Shown here piece by piece: positions 1-9,337 of a DNA stretch of 64,000 nucleotides. The notes beneath the pieces were generated by a model. That model was not told the origin of the DNA, searched no databases, and saw only the letters and a list, made by a program, of their open reading frames with translations. The translations under genes and the position numbers were made by a program. The DNA is from an uncultured Gammaproteobacteria bacterium (GTDB lineage: Bacteria > Patescibacteriota > Patescibacteriia > SBBC01 > CAIJZX01). The stretch lies in NCBI GenBank assembly GCA_964397195.1, contig CAYNGY010000003.1:69836-133835 (forward strand), written 5' to 3'. The first letter of the stretch is position 1. The number at the start of each line of letters is the position of its first letter.

Positions 1-2
1 GA

Positions 3-215
3 ACGTGGAAACGCCACTCTTTTCCCACCGAAATACTATCGGTTGAAGGAGCGACTATCTCCGTGATGTGGGTCGGGGATGATGCCATCATCATGTCGGT
101 TCGGTCGGGGTATGCGGACGGCGCATTTGCTGAGAATGAGATGTACGCGATTGACCCGGCGACTGGGCAGTACCGGGCGCTCGGAAGTGGAAAGACGCAC
201 ATAGTCGCGCAATAA
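3..215 (+). CDS. 3' end of an upstream gene (partial, hypothetical protein)
   Basis: Open frame runs in from the window edge to a TAA at about 213-215. The peptide looks protein-like but no motif was recognised. Confidence 0.3.
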   Translation, partial: TWKRHSFPTEILSVEGATISVMWVGDDAIIMSVRSGYADGAFAENEMYAIDPATGQYRALGSGKTHIVAQ

Positions 216-290
216 TATTAAGTGGTCCGATCGTGGTTTTATAAGCGGTTGGGTGTATACTAGAAGTTGTTGATAACTCAAAACACACAT

Positions 291-2282
291 ATGCGCAAAG
301 GATCTGTGCTGATTCCGATCATTTCGATGATCGCGGCGGTGGCGGCGTTGCTTGTTGTTGCGGCTTGGACGGTGACCAGCCCGATGTTCTCATGGAATGA
401 GGATGAGGCGGTTACTACGAATATTACCACTAATATCAACACGGTCGTTGACCCAACCGCTGGCTGGCTGACGTACACGAGTACGAAGTATCATTTCTCG
501 TTTAAGTATCCGACGACATGGACACTGGCTGAAGGAAAAAAGAGCGCGGATGAGCCCCTCTCGAGTGACCATGTCTCCGTGACGGATCCGGATGGAAAGG
601 ACGGCGCTTTCACTGTTTTTCCGCAGTCAGCGCCGGTGCCATACCAAGATGGAGAGTGGACGAGCGTTGAGACCCAAATGACTATTCGTGGTCAGTCGGT
701 GACGGTCACGACCTATACGGCCAAAAACCGAACGACCTTTGCGGTTACGCCGACGAAGCGGTCGGTCGTAAAATTTGCCGTGATGCCGGATGATTGGACG
801 ACCGGGAGTGGATTACTGTTGGTAAACGGTACGACCGATGACGCGACGGTTTTGAATCAGGTCCTCGGGACCTTTACGGTCGGGGATGAGACATCGGCGG
901 TCAATGGAAACACCAATACTTCCACCGGGACGCCGGTTGATACTACCGCTGGTTGGGCAACCTACACGAGCGCGGCCTACCACTTTTCCTTTAAATATCC
1001 GACCGGCTGGAAAGTAAGCGAAGGTGCAAAAACAACCCCGTATAAAATCGATCTATACCCGACAACCAGCGATGGGTGGTCGACGCCGAGTGCGATCACT
1101 TTTTGGGTTGATACTGCCTATAGCGTGCATTGTGGTGACGATACGGTGACGAAAAAGTCGGAGGTTGTCGTAGGCGGCATTCCAGCCACCCTGTATACAG
1201 ACACCGATTCCGTCAGAACAGATTGCCGGAATCGAACGTACGTTTTGGATTGGACGCCGACCGGATGGACGCCATCTAACGCATTGCCGGGACGCGAGAT
1301 TCAGGTGATGGCCGATAGCCACGGCTCGTATGCTCTTCAAGAGCAAATACTTGGCACGGTTGTGTTCCGTGATACGCAAAGCGTCTGGAAGACCGTTTCC
1401 GACCCAGTGCAAGGATTCTCCTTCGCGCATCCGTCTTCATACACACTTGCGCAGGCCGCAGAATACACCCAGATTGAACACGGGAATCGTGCCAGCGGCC
1501 CGTATTATTATGTGAGCGTCACCGTCCTGACCAAGGATTCTGGCGACAAGGCTTTGTACCAATGGGGGAAGGATGGTTTCCCGAAGTCGGCGGCGGTCGA
1601 GTATCATGCGAATCCAACGAAGGTCAAACTCGGCACCAAAACATTTGTCCACACTGATGGTGATCTTGGAAGTTCGGCGGTCCCGGAATATTTGTATTTT
1701 GCCAACGATCGCCTGTATCAGATCTACAGTTATGCCGGAGCGACAATGAAACCGCTCCATGAGCAGATGATCGCGTCATTCGAATTCACCACGCCTAATA
1801 CATCGGCGAAGCTGTTTACGTCTCCGACGCTCGGCATCTCGTTCCTGTATGGCAAAGATTTTGCGGTTAAGGAGGACGGGAAAAAGGTGTATGTCTACGA
1901 TCCCAAGAACATGAAGTACACCGATGGTCAGTGGGTCGAAGTTTTCACGAAAACCGCGTCGCAAACATTGGCCCAGGCTGTAAAGGCAGAGAAGTTATCC
2001 GGGTATAACGAGAGTGATTGCTTCACCAAAAAGTCGAGTTATAAAAAACCGGTCGGCTGGGATCTACAGGAGATTGGCTACCCGGCTACGACTGACACGA
2101 ACCTGCCATTCTGGGCGAATGCTGATAAATGTCCGGCAACATATACGACGACGAACGGTGTGAGCTACTTCGCCGCCGACCCGGAGCATCCGACGGTGTA
2201 TCTGTACTTTTCCCTCGGACAGTACGCGATACCGGGTACGAGCGTTACCACTCCGTGGGAAGACACCATTTCGATTTTGTAA
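291..2282 (+). CDS. secreted or membrane-anchored hypothetical protein with an internal duplicated domain
   Basis: About 664 aa. It has an N-terminal hydrophobic anchor, and the block VDPTAGWLTYTS..YHFSFKYPT.W occurs twice. A TATACT -10 box lies about 30 nt upstream, and a terminator follows. Confidence 0.7.
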   Translation: MRKGSVLIPIISMIAAVAALLVVAAWTVTSPMFSWNEDEAVTTNITTNINTVVDPTAGWLTYTSTKYHFSFKYPTTWTLAEGKKSADEPLSSDHVSVTDPDGKDGAFTVFPQSAPVPYQDGEWTSVETQMTIRGQSVTVTTYTAKNRTTFAVTPTKRSVVKFAVMPDDWTTGSGLLLVNGTTDDATVLNQVLGTFTVGDETSAVNGNTNTSTGTPVDTTAGWATYTSAAYHFSFKYPTGWKVSEGAKTTPYKIDLYPTTSDGWSTPSAITFWVDTAYSVHCGDDTVTKKSEVVVGGIPATLYTDTDSVRTDCRNRTYVLDWTPTGWTPSNALPGREIQVMADSHGSYALQEQILGTVVFRDTQSVWKTVSDPVQGFSFAHPSSYTLAQAAEYTQIEHGNRASGPYYYVSVTVLTKDSGDKALYQWGKDGFPKSAAVEYHANPTKVKLGTKTFVHTDGDLGSSAVPEYLYFANDRLYQIYSYAGATMKPLHEQMIASFEFTTPNTSAKLFTSPTLGISFLYGKDFAVKEDGKKVYVYDPKNMKYTDGQWVEVFTKTASQTLAQAVKAEKLSGYNESDCFTKKSSYKKPVGWDLQEIGYPATTDTNLPFWANADKCPATYTTTNGVSYFAADPEHPTVYLYFSLGQYAIPGTSVTTPWEDTISIL

Positions 2283-2288
2283 CGTCAG

Positions 2289-2327
2289 AACAAAAAACCG
2301 GCGCCGGTGGGCGCCGGTTTTTTATTT
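2289..2327. terminator. bidirectional intrinsic terminator between the convergent gene at 291-2282 and recR
   Basis: Sequence aaaaaaccggcgcc-ggtg-ggcgccggtttttt: a GC hairpin flanked by an A-tract and a T-tract. Confidence 0.7.
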
Positions 2328-2925
2328 AGATCGTCTGGCGATGGCTCATCGCTTCCCCGAGCGTCGCTTCATCCATGTAGGTGACGTCGCCGCCGGTCGG
2401 AATACCGCGGGCGAGCTGAGTCAACTTCGCCGAAACATCCAGCAGTGCTTTTTTGAGGTAGAGCGCCGTCGTTTCGCCCTCGATGTCCGAATTCAGGGCG
2501 AGAATGACCTCGGAAATATTTTCGGCGGGGATACGTTGGAGGAGATGGGCGATGGTCAGATCATCTGGGCCACGACCATCGGCCGGACTGACCGTACCGC
2601 CGAGGACATGATACCGTCCTTTGTAGACGCCGGTTTGTTCAATCGCTAGGACATCCGGAGCTTCGGCGACGACACACAGGACGGTTTGATCACGGTGCTG
2701 ATCGCGGCAGTATAAGCAGGGTGTCTGTTCATCAAAGACGTGACACGTCTCGCACTTCACGACCCGGCCGCGGAGTTGCGAAATAGAATCGGCTAAATCC
2801 TTGAGCCGATGCTGCGGTTGCCGGAGTAACGCAAAGACATAGCGTTCAGCTGTTTTTGGGCCGACGCCCGGGAGGTGCGTCAGCTCGTCGAGCAGGCGGG
2901 CGATGGCCGGTGGGTAGGTGGCCAT
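2326..2925 (-). CDS. recR: recombination protein RecR
   Basis: 199 aa. N-terminal HhH (LPGVGPKTAERY), a C4 zinc finger (CETCHVFDEQTPCLYC) and a Toprim region, in the conserved ybaB-recR arrangement. Confidence 0.9.
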   Translation of the reverse strand: MATYPPAIARLLDELTHLPGVGPKTAERYVFALLRQPQHRLKDLADSISQLRGRVVKCETCHVFDEQTPCLYCRDQHRDQTVLCVVAEAPDVLAIEQTGVYKGRYHVLGGTVSPADGRGPDDLTIAHLLQRIPAENISEVILALNSDIEGETTALYLKKALLDVSAKLTQLARGIPTGGDVTYMDEATLGEAMSHRQTI

Positions 2926-2933
2926 GCGAAAGT

Positions 2934-3245
2934 CTAGAGACCCGGAATATCGAGCTTGCCCATTTCCTTAGCCTTTTTGGCCATGGTCATCTGGGACTTC
3001 TTGATCGCGCTATTAAAAGCGTCTTTCAGGCCGCGTTCAAGATCGGTTTTACGATTTGGGGCGAGGTATTCCGGATCGACCGAAACACCGTTGACCTGTT
3101 GATTACCGTCCATGACGACCTGAATTTTTCCGCCGCCGACATCCGCATAGACGGTTTCTTTCGATAACACGCCCTGCATTTCTTTCGCTTGATCGCGGAT
3201 TTCTTTGAATTGCTTTAACTTCGAGAATATAGCCATATGGGCCAT
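2934..3245 (-). CDS. ybaB: nucleoid-associated protein YbaB/EbfC
   Basis: About 103 aa with a typical YbaB profile (FSKLKQFKE..MQ, GGGKIQVVMDG, VDPEYL, C-terminal ..GKLDIPGL). It lies immediately upstream of recR. Confidence 0.85.
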   Translation of the reverse strand: MAHMAIFSKLKQFKEIRDQAKEMQGVLSKETVYADVGGGKIQVVMDGNQQVNGVSVDPEYLAPNRKTDLERGLKDAFNSAIKKSQMTMAKKAKEMGKLDIPGL

Positions 3246-3325
3246 CGTATCATAATTTATTGCGATCGACCAGACGGTATGGTAGGGTCGATGTACAGGC
3301 CGAACACCCCGGAAAGGAGGTGGCC

Positions 3326-3538
3326 ATGCACGCCGGTACATTGAGGACGAAGGGAACGGACGAGCCCGTGACTCGCGCTCAGACGCTGACGGAGTTCGCC
3401 CACAACATGGGCTTCGCGACCGGGCTGATGCTCGGCATGATGCTCGGTTCCGTCATCGGCTCGTTCATCGGAATCGCGGCCTACGAGTTCATTCGCGACT
3501 GCGTTCTGCCGCACCTGCCGCTTCACATCACGCGCTGA
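3326..3538 (+). CDS. small membrane protein (C-terminal TM helix), hypothetical
   Basis: 70 aa. It has a strong RBS (aaaggaggtggcc ATG) and a hydrophobic C-terminal segment, and is followed by an intrinsic terminator. Confidence 0.5.
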   Translation: MHAGTLRTKGTDEPVTRAQTLTEFAHNMGFATGLMLGMMLGSVIGSFIGIAAYEFIRDCVLPHLPLHITR

Positions 3539-3564
3539 CGGTCGACCGCACGCGTCGCACCAAC

Positions 3565-3596
3565 ACGGCCCCGTTCAGGCGGGGCCGATTTTATTT
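3565..3596 (+). terminator. intrinsic terminator
   Basis: Sequence acggccccgttcaggcggggccg followed by attttattt. Confidence 0.65.
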
Positions 3597-3644
3597 CCGG
3601 GATACATTTTACTGTCGGTCGTCGGAAGGCGCGGTGTGTCAGCG

Positions 3645-5024
3645 TTACCCCAACATCATATCTTCATCCATGTTGTCGGCGCGGTTATCGAAGGAGGCAC
3701 GCCGTTCAACGAAGGTCAGGCGGACGCGGCCGGTCGGACCATTTCGATGTTTGGCGATAATGATTTCGGCGAGGTTCTTTTTGGCGTCTTCAATATCGTG
3801 GTCGTAGACCGCCGGGCGATAGATGAAGAGCACGACGTCGGCGTCTTGTTCGATGGATCCGGATTCGCGGAGGTGGGCGAGCTTTGGGATCGGCGGTTTT
3901 TCCATTTCGACCGCGCGGGCCAGCTGCGACAGGGCGAGGACGGGGACGTTGAGCTCACGAGCAATCGATTTTAATCCACGCGTAATTTCCGAAACTTCCT
4001 GGGTCCGGTTTTCCGATGACCGACTTTCCATCAGCTGGAGGTAGTCGATAATGATCAGACCGAGGGCTTTGTGCTCGGACTGCAGACGTCGGGCTTTGGT
4101 CCGAATTTCCATGATATTAGCGGTGGCCGAGTCATCAATAAAAATCGGCGCTTCAGCGAGTAAGCCCATGGCATGGCCGATGCGTTGAAAATCTTCGTCA
4201 TCAGACAATCGTCCGGTCCGCATTTTCCAAAGGTCGACGTCGGCTTGCGAAACGAGCAAACGGTCAACGACCTGTTCCTTCGACATTTCTAAACTGAAGA
4301 TGCCGACCGGTTGCTTTGTTTTCAGGGCGACGTTGCGACCGATGTCGAGGGCGAGCGATGTTTTTCCGACGGATGGTCGGGCGGCGAGAATAACGAGGTC
4401 CGACTTTTGCAGGCCACCAAGGATATTATCGAGAGCCGTGAAGCCGGTTGGTACGCCGCGCAAGGCGCCGGTTTCATGATGGAGGGTGTCGATGCGATCA
4501 AAGGCCTCGTGGAGAATGTCGCGAATGTTAATGAAGTTCTGCTTGAGGTACTTTTGTGAAACGCTAAACAGCGACTGTTCTGCTTTGTCGAGTAGGGCGG
4601 AGACATCTTCGGTTTCACTCGTGCCCATTTCGACGATTGAGGTCGCGGCGTGCATCAGACGACGAAGGGTCGCTTTCTTCTGGACAATCCCGGCGTACTG
4701 CAAAACATTCGCGGCGGAGGGGACGGCATTGGACAGGGCGACGAGCGTACTGCGTCCACCGATAGCGTCGAGCTGATTGCGTTCGCCGAGCAGGTTGGCC
4801 ATCGAGACGATGTCGATCGGCTCGTGGAGCTGGAAGAGCGAGGCCATGGCGTCGTAGACCAGGCGGTGCTTATCGGCGTAAAAATCGTCGGCGGTAATCT
4901 TATCGGCGACCTTGATAAAGGCGTCTTGGTCGATTAGGACCGAGCCCAAAACCGCTTCTTCGGCTTCACGGGAGTTCGGGGGAATACGGGGGTTGTCGGC
5001 CATAGCGGGTGTAGTGTACGTCAC
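3645..5024 (-). CDS. dnaB: replicative DNA helicase DnaB
   Basis: 459 aa with DnaB N-terminal domain motifs, a Walker A (GARPSVGKTSLAL) and the DnaB C-terminal RecA-like domain. No intein is present. Confidence 0.92.
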   Translation of the reverse strand: MTYTTPAMADNPRIPPNSREAEEAVLGSVLIDQDAFIKVADKITADDFYADKHRLVYDAMASLFQLHEPIDIVSMANLLGERNQLDAIGGRSTLVALSNAVPSAANVLQYAGIVQKKATLRRLMHAATSIVEMGTSETEDVSALLDKAEQSLFSVSQKYLKQNFINIRDILHEAFDRIDTLHHETGALRGVPTGFTALDNILGGLQKSDLVILAARPSVGKTSLALDIGRNVALKTKQPVGIFSLEMSKEQVVDRLLVSQADVDLWKMRTGRLSDDEDFQRIGHAMGLLAEAPIFIDDSATANIMEIRTKARRLQSEHKALGLIIIDYLQLMESRSSENRTQEVSEITRGLKSIARELNVPVLALSQLARAVEMEKPPIPKLAHLRESGSIEQDADVVLFIYRPAVYDHDIEDAKKNLAEIIIAKHRNGPTGRVRLTFVERRASFDNRADNMDEDMMLG

Positions 5025-5111
5025 CGCGGGGCGAAGGACAACCGGGACAAATCCCCAAACTGTCCACCGATATTGTCCACCGGCGGAATCCTCGGTATAC
5101 TGCGCAGTGCT

Positions 5112-5651
5112 ATGGCCGGTCCAATTCCCGAAATGGTCTTCCTCGATGTTGAAACGACCGGTTTAGAACCGGCCGCCGGGCATGATGTCCTCGAAATTGG
5201 GGCCCAGAAAGTCAAAGGCCATGAGGTGATCGGTGAATTCACGGCCATGATTAAGCCGAGCCGCCCGCTCCCGGCTGATGTCATTAAATTTCATGCCGAC
5301 CATGGTTTGACCGAAGCCTTGCTTCAGGCGGAAGGCCGACCCGTTGATGAGGTCATTCCGGAATTGATTGCCTTCATCGGCGAGGCGGTCATCGTCGCCC
5401 ATAACGCGCCGTTTGATATCGGGTTCATCAACGAACACCTGAAACGGCTCAATTTGCCGACCATGACCAATCGGAGTGTTGATACACTCGAGATCGCCCG
5501 AAAGTACCTGATCCTCCCTAGTTATCGGTTAGAAAAAGTGGCCGCCTATTTCAAAATTGGAACACCGAATTCGCACCGCGCCTTAGCCGACGTGGTGACC
5601 TGTCGCGAAGTGTTTTTCAAACTGCTCGAACGGGCGAAGCGGGGAGTCTGA
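5112..5651 (+). CDS. DEDD-family 3'-5' exonuclease (DnaQ/epsilon-like)
   Basis: Exo I motif VFLDVETTG, Exo II VAHNAPFD and Exo III HRALADV are present. The gene is divergent from dnaB, and the shared promoter region carries TTGTCCACC repeats. Confidence 0.75.
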   Translation: MAGPIPEMVFLDVETTGLEPAAGHDVLEIGAQKVKGHEVIGEFTAMIKPSRPLPADVIKFHADHGLTEALLQAEGRPVDEVIPELIAFIGEAVIVAHNAPFDIGFINEHLKRLNLPTMTNRSVDTLEIARKYLILPSYRLEKVAAYFKIGTPNSHRALADVVTCREVFFKLLERAKRGV

Positions 5652-5750
5652 CCTCCCCCGTCCCGCCATACGGCGGAACGACCCCTCCTTTCCCCGCCTA
5701 CGCGGGGATGAAAAGGAGGGGTGCCGCCTCAATTGGGCGGCGGGGAGGTC
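5650..5750 (+). repeat. GC-rich nested multi-hairpin element at the operon end (terminator-like, REP-like)
   Basis: A 9-bp outer stem (gacctcccc...ggggaggtc) encloses three inner hairpins: ccgcc-atac-ggcgg, cccctcctttc...gaaaaggagggg and ccgcc-tcaattg-ggcgg. It starts at the exonuclease stop codon, and related elements occur after hsp20 and dnaK. Confidence 0.5.
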
Positions 5751-6061
5751 GGACTCAGGGCGACAGCCACTTTTCTTTTCAGAAATGTCTGTGCACGGGT
5801 GTTGGGTTCGTTTTCCCGTTATGCACCGAGACCATTCTTTGGCTAGGTTGAGCATCAGAAACCCTTCAGCGTTTTTTCAGGTTCATTTTCTATACTTAAG
5901 GGTTGGCAAATTGACGGGGGGAAGTGGATGGTGTAAACCGTTACCAGCAGTCCTTTGTATGCCCTGACTGGACGACCGGCTCGGATGAGTCGGTGAACCA
6001 GTTTCGGCGCTTCCACCGCTTGGATCTCTGCGTGCAGACAAGCCAAGAGGTTGGGGGATGT

Positions 6062-7030
6062 ATGGAACAGCACTGTGAGATGTGCAAGCAGGCTCGTGAT
6101 GAGATGTATCGGCGTCGGCCCAACAAGGCGGTGATGTATTTCCTCGGGCCGATGATCGCGGCGTGTTTCATCGCCATGGCAAGTCTGGCATTTCCGGGAG
6201 CGGTCGCGACGCATCCGGTCGAGGGCGTGGGGCCTTTGACCTGGCGTGTGTGCCTCATGCTGTCGTCGACTGCGGTCTTCGTGACGCTGGTGATTCTGGT
6301 GCGAATGTTCTGGCGGACGGTCCTGCAGAACCCGGACTGGTACCACTCGATCGACGCGAACGGCCAGCCGCATGCGCATCTGACCCCGCCAGTGTCTTAC
6401 ACCGTGTTGCCCGGGGCGGTGCAGGAGTACCGTGATGCCAGCGGTCTTCCGATCAGGCATCAGCTCGTCATCGTCCAGCCGATTCGCTACGAGTCAGTCA
6501 TGTCGTGGCGAGGGACCGTTCGGCGCTCGGCGGCCTGCAAGCTCGATCATGTGTCGGCGCGGGGCAGTGGTGAAGAAACGACCATCGAAATCGGTGGTCA
6601 GAGCCTTACCTGCAAGCCGTGCGTGGCGATCGAGCTGTTGGCGCTTCAGCTGACGCACAAGCCGCTCGTCGACCAGATTCGGAGCGACAAGGCCGACCTG
6701 GCGGCGGCGCGGTCTCTGGCCGGTGACCTATTGGCGCTCGACCTGTATTTCCAGGCCGTGCCACTGAACTCACACTGGGCGCAGGGTGGGCAACGACGCC
6801 TGCGGACGATCATCAATCTCAGCGCGCTCAGTCCGCAGACGATCTGGAGTCAGGTATCCCTGACCGAAGAGGAGAAGGCGGCTCGTAACAAGCAGCTCGA
6901 GAGCTATCTTCCCGAGGATGACGTGACGCGCGGCGCGTACGAACTCTTCCAGAAGCGCCAACTTCGTCACCGCCTGAAGCATGGACTGACCATGCCAACG
7001 GCCGTCACGGAGCAGGCCGAGTCGGCGTAG
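6062..7030 (+). CDS. hypothetical membrane protein (2 TM helices plus a cytoplasmic domain)
   Basis: About 322 aa. It opens the high-GC island, has two hydrophobic helices near the N-terminus, and is followed by an intrinsic terminator at 7062-7098. No motif was recognised. Confidence 0.5.
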   Translation: MEQHCEMCKQARDEMYRRRPNKAVMYFLGPMIAACFIAMASLAFPGAVATHPVEGVGPLTWRVCLMLSSTAVFVTLVILVRMFWRTVLQNPDWYHSIDANGQPHAHLTPPVSYTVLPGAVQEYRDASGLPIRHQLVIVQPIRYESVMSWRGTVRRSAACKLDHVSARGSGEETTIEIGGQSLTCKPCVAIELLALQLTHKPLVDQIRSDKADLAAARSLAGDLLALDLYFQAVPLNSHWAQGGQRRLRTIINLSALSPQTIWSQVSLTEEEKAARNKQLESYLPEDDVTRGAYELFQKRQLRHRLKHGLTMPTAVTEQAESA

Positions 7031-7061
7031 TGGTATAGCCACCGAATGTACATCGAATCAA

Positions 7062-7098
7062 GCGGGGAGTCGCCGTCGCGGCTCCCCGTCATTTTTTA
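7062..7098 (+). terminator. intrinsic terminator
   Basis: Sequence gcggggagtcgccgtcgcggctccccgtc followed by attttttatt. Confidence 0.7.
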
Positions 7099-7187
7099 TT
7101 GCGGACGAGTGTTGACATGCTCCGCTGGTGCGGTAGGCTCAGGTGGTGAACCTTTGATGTTTGAACATTCTGAGAGCGAGGTCATCG

Positions 7188-7784
7188 ATGCTCCGCGAAC
7201 TCCTGAACGTCCGCGTCCCGACGAATGTGACGGTGGCCAACTGTGTCAGTGCCATCGGTCTGTTTCTCTGCGTGGCGGCCGGTCTGTATGCGGCCAATCA
7301 TTCTTCGCTGGTGTTCGTCGCACTCCTCTTCCTGCTCGGTGCGCTGTGTGACGTCCTTGATGGACTGGTGGCGCGGTGGTTGAAGGAAGCGAGCCCATGG
7401 GGTGCGTACGTCGATGCGCTCTGTGACAAGCTCGGCGAGATCGCCGTACTGCTCGGCCTGGCGTGCCGGGTTGATGATCCCGGAACTATTCGCTGGTTGA
7501 TGGCCGCTGCCGCGCTCAGCCTTGTCGGCTCGTATCAGAAACCGCTGGTGGCCGAGAAAGGCCGTCCGATGCCCTGGCCGGAAGCGCGCTACCTCGGTCG
7601 CGGTCTGCGCGTCAGTGTCATGGTCATCGGACTACTCATCTGCGGCTTGCATTCGGCGGGTGACGCGAGCCTGCGCAGTTTGGCCCAAGCGCTGACAATG
7701 ACAGCCGGCCTCATCTTCGTCTGGCGCGAGAAGCGGATCGAGGTGACAGCGTACATGGAGCGTCTCCAGGCGTGGAGACCATAA
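7188..7784 (+). CDS. CDP-alcohol phosphatidyltransferase family protein
   Basis: The signature D-G-x2-A-R-x8-G-x3-D-x3-D is present (DVLDGLVARWLKEASPWGAYVDALCDKLGE), and the protein is polytopic. Confidence 0.75.
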   Translation: MLRELLNVRVPTNVTVANCVSAIGLFLCVAAGLYAANHSSLVFVALLFLLGALCDVLDGLVARWLKEASPWGAYVDALCDKLGEIAVLLGLACRVDDPGTIRWLMAAAALSLVGSYQKPLVAEKGRPMPWPEARYLGRGLRVSVMVIGLLICGLHSAGDASLRSLAQALTMTAGLIFVWREKRIEVTAYMERLQAWRP

Positions 7785-7873
7785 TACCCGGTTTTCCTAG
7801 GGCGCTCGATGTGCCACAACGGCTCGGGGCGGTAGACGGTGCCGCCCCTGATTTTTATGCTACAATTCCATCC

Positions 7874-8515
7874 ATGGAATCTCCGGATGATCGACCGCAG
7901 AGTCATGGGGAAGAAATTGCGAACAGCCTTACCCATGGCCTTGGTGTTTTAGCAGTTCTCGTCGGAGCGCCATTTTTGATGGACGCGGCGACACGGTCCG
8001 GGTCGCCGTGGAACATCGTCGGGGCGAGTGTCTTTCTGTTTTCGATGTTCGTGTTGTACCTCGTTTCGACGCTCTACCACGCCCTGACATTTCCGACCGC
8101 GAAAAGAGTCTTTCGCGTTCTCGATCATGGCGCAATCTTTCTCCTGATTGCCGGAACGTACACACCGTTCACGCTGGGCATGATTCGTGGGCCGTGGGGT
8201 TGGTCATTGTTCGGGGTGGCGTGGGGGTTAGCGATTCTCGGTATTACGCTTAAGGCCGTGAACGCGCTGTGGCATCCGGTCCTCTCGAACGCGATTTACC
8301 TCGGGATGAGTTGGATGATTATCATTGCCGCGCCGCAGCTCTGGCGAAATTTAGATCTCAGTACGTTGATTCTCATTCTCGGGGGCGGGATTGCCTATTC
8401 GGGCGGCATCTATTTTTATAATACGTCACGATTTCATTACGCCCATTTCCTCTGGCATCTGTGTGTCTTGACCGGAACGGCCTGTCACTATTTTGCGGTG
8501 TTGAACGCGGTTTAG
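7874..8515 (+). CDS. hemolysin III / PAQR (YqfA-like) channel protein
   Basis: Seven predicted TM helices and conserved His-containing motifs (EEIANSLTHG, YHAL, HxxxH near the C-terminus). An alternative upstream start at 7772 overlaps the previous gene. Confidence 0.7.
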   Translation: MESPDDRPQSHGEEIANSLTHGLGVLAVLVGAPFLMDAATRSGSPWNIVGASVFLFSMFVLYLVSTLYHALTFPTAKRVFRVLDHGAIFLLIAGTYTPFTLGMIRGPWGWSLFGVAWGLAILGITLKAVNALWHPVLSNAIYLGMSWMIIIAAPQLWRNLDLSTLILILGGGIAYSGGIYFYNTSRFHYAHFLWHLCVLTGTACHYFAVLNAV

Positions 8516-8530
8516 AAAACCCCCCGATCG

Positions 8531-9118
8531 TCAGGTGACGACCGGGGTGGCGGGCTCGAGACTAGCGGCGTAGTCCAGCAGGCGCTCCATGAACCGCTGG
8601 AAGTGACGACTGTTGGCCGGGACGATCGCGTCGATGGCTTTGAACTGGGCGGCCGTCTGGGCGAGCTCGATGACGAGGGCGATGGCGTGTTGCCAGACCA
8701 TCCGATTGCCGTTGTTCTCGTAGCTGCTCAGTTCGGTGCAAACGGTCATCCAGCCGTCGAAATTCTTGTCGAGCACGAGGTTGGCTCGAGCCACTAGGAT
8801 CATGCTCGTCCGATTGTTCCAACCGGATGAACGCGAGAACGCTTCGATGACGTCGGTCGTAGAAGTCGGCGCCGCCGCGATCCGGACGTGGGCCAAACTG
8901 ATCACCTCGTTGATCCTCGTCAGATCGTACCGGCCATCGGGCGGGTGCTCTTCGAGACGAATGAGCCGACGCGTCGGATGGATGGCCTCGTTGAGGGTGT
9001 TGTGAACCCGGCACCAGGTTAGGATGGGAATATCCTGGGCTGACTTGATCTGTTCGACGAGGGACGGTCCGTTCGGGCCGTACAACTCTTTGGCGATCGT
9101 AGCCAGGTTGAGCTCCAT
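8531..9118 (-). CDS. hypothetical protein (195 aa)
   Basis: The ORF has an internal ATG at MELNLATIAKE. It is convergent with the hemolysin III gene and shares a hairpin at the stop. A YENNGNR segment faintly resembles a degenerate Fic/Doc core, which is not enough to call. Confidence 0.45.
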   Translation of the reverse strand: MELNLATIAKELYGPNGPSLVEQIKSAQDIPILTWCRVHNTLNEAIHPTRRLIRLEEHPPDGRYDLTRINEVISLAHVRIAAAPTSTTDVIEAFSRSSGWNNRTSMILVARANLVLDKNFDGWMTVCTELSSYENNGNRMVWQHAIALVIELAQTAAQFKAIDAIVPANSRHFQRFMERLLDYAASLEPATPVVT

Positions 9119-9337
9119 GACGATCCTCCGTGGGTGGTGCGACTCTGGGCAGAGTCCTATCATAGAAGTGGGACGTTGTCGAGAGTGACTTGACCATTTT
9201 ATATATCCGAGTAGAGTGGTTGGGCTGTACTTTTTTGTCGATGACGTGAACGCTGTGGCAGCAAGTTTTGTGGCCAAAGCGCTCACGTCATCGGGACGCG
9301 AGCACCTCTCGCCTTGGATGGCGAAAAGGAGTGTCGT

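Noticed and set aside
36-290. 84- and 65-aa minus-strand ORFs at the window start
   Set aside because: They overlap the promoter and the 5' end of the 291-2282 gene, and lie antisense to a plausible plus-strand C-terminal coding remnant. No signals support them.
3636-4937. Multiple 70-110 aa plus-strand ORFs (3636-3974, 4311-4559, 4486-4776, 4650-4937) inside dnaB
   Set aside because: They are antisense to a well-supported DnaB coding sequence. Such ORFs are typical spurious long frames on the opposite strand of GC-rich genes, and none has motifs or an RBS.
5855-6460. 201-aa minus-strand ORF overlapping the start of the 6062-7030 membrane-protein gene
   Set aside because: His/Arg-rich low-complexity translation of the antisense strand in a high-GC region. 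It also overlaps the putative promoter and has no RBS.
8562-9197. 211-aa Arg/Pro-rich minus-strand ORF, and the 356-aa ORF 8531-9601
   Set aside because: The Arg-rich product is an alternative frame of the same DNA. The 356-aa frame is real only from the internal ATG at 9118, because the upstream part has no start context and overlaps the divergent promoter.
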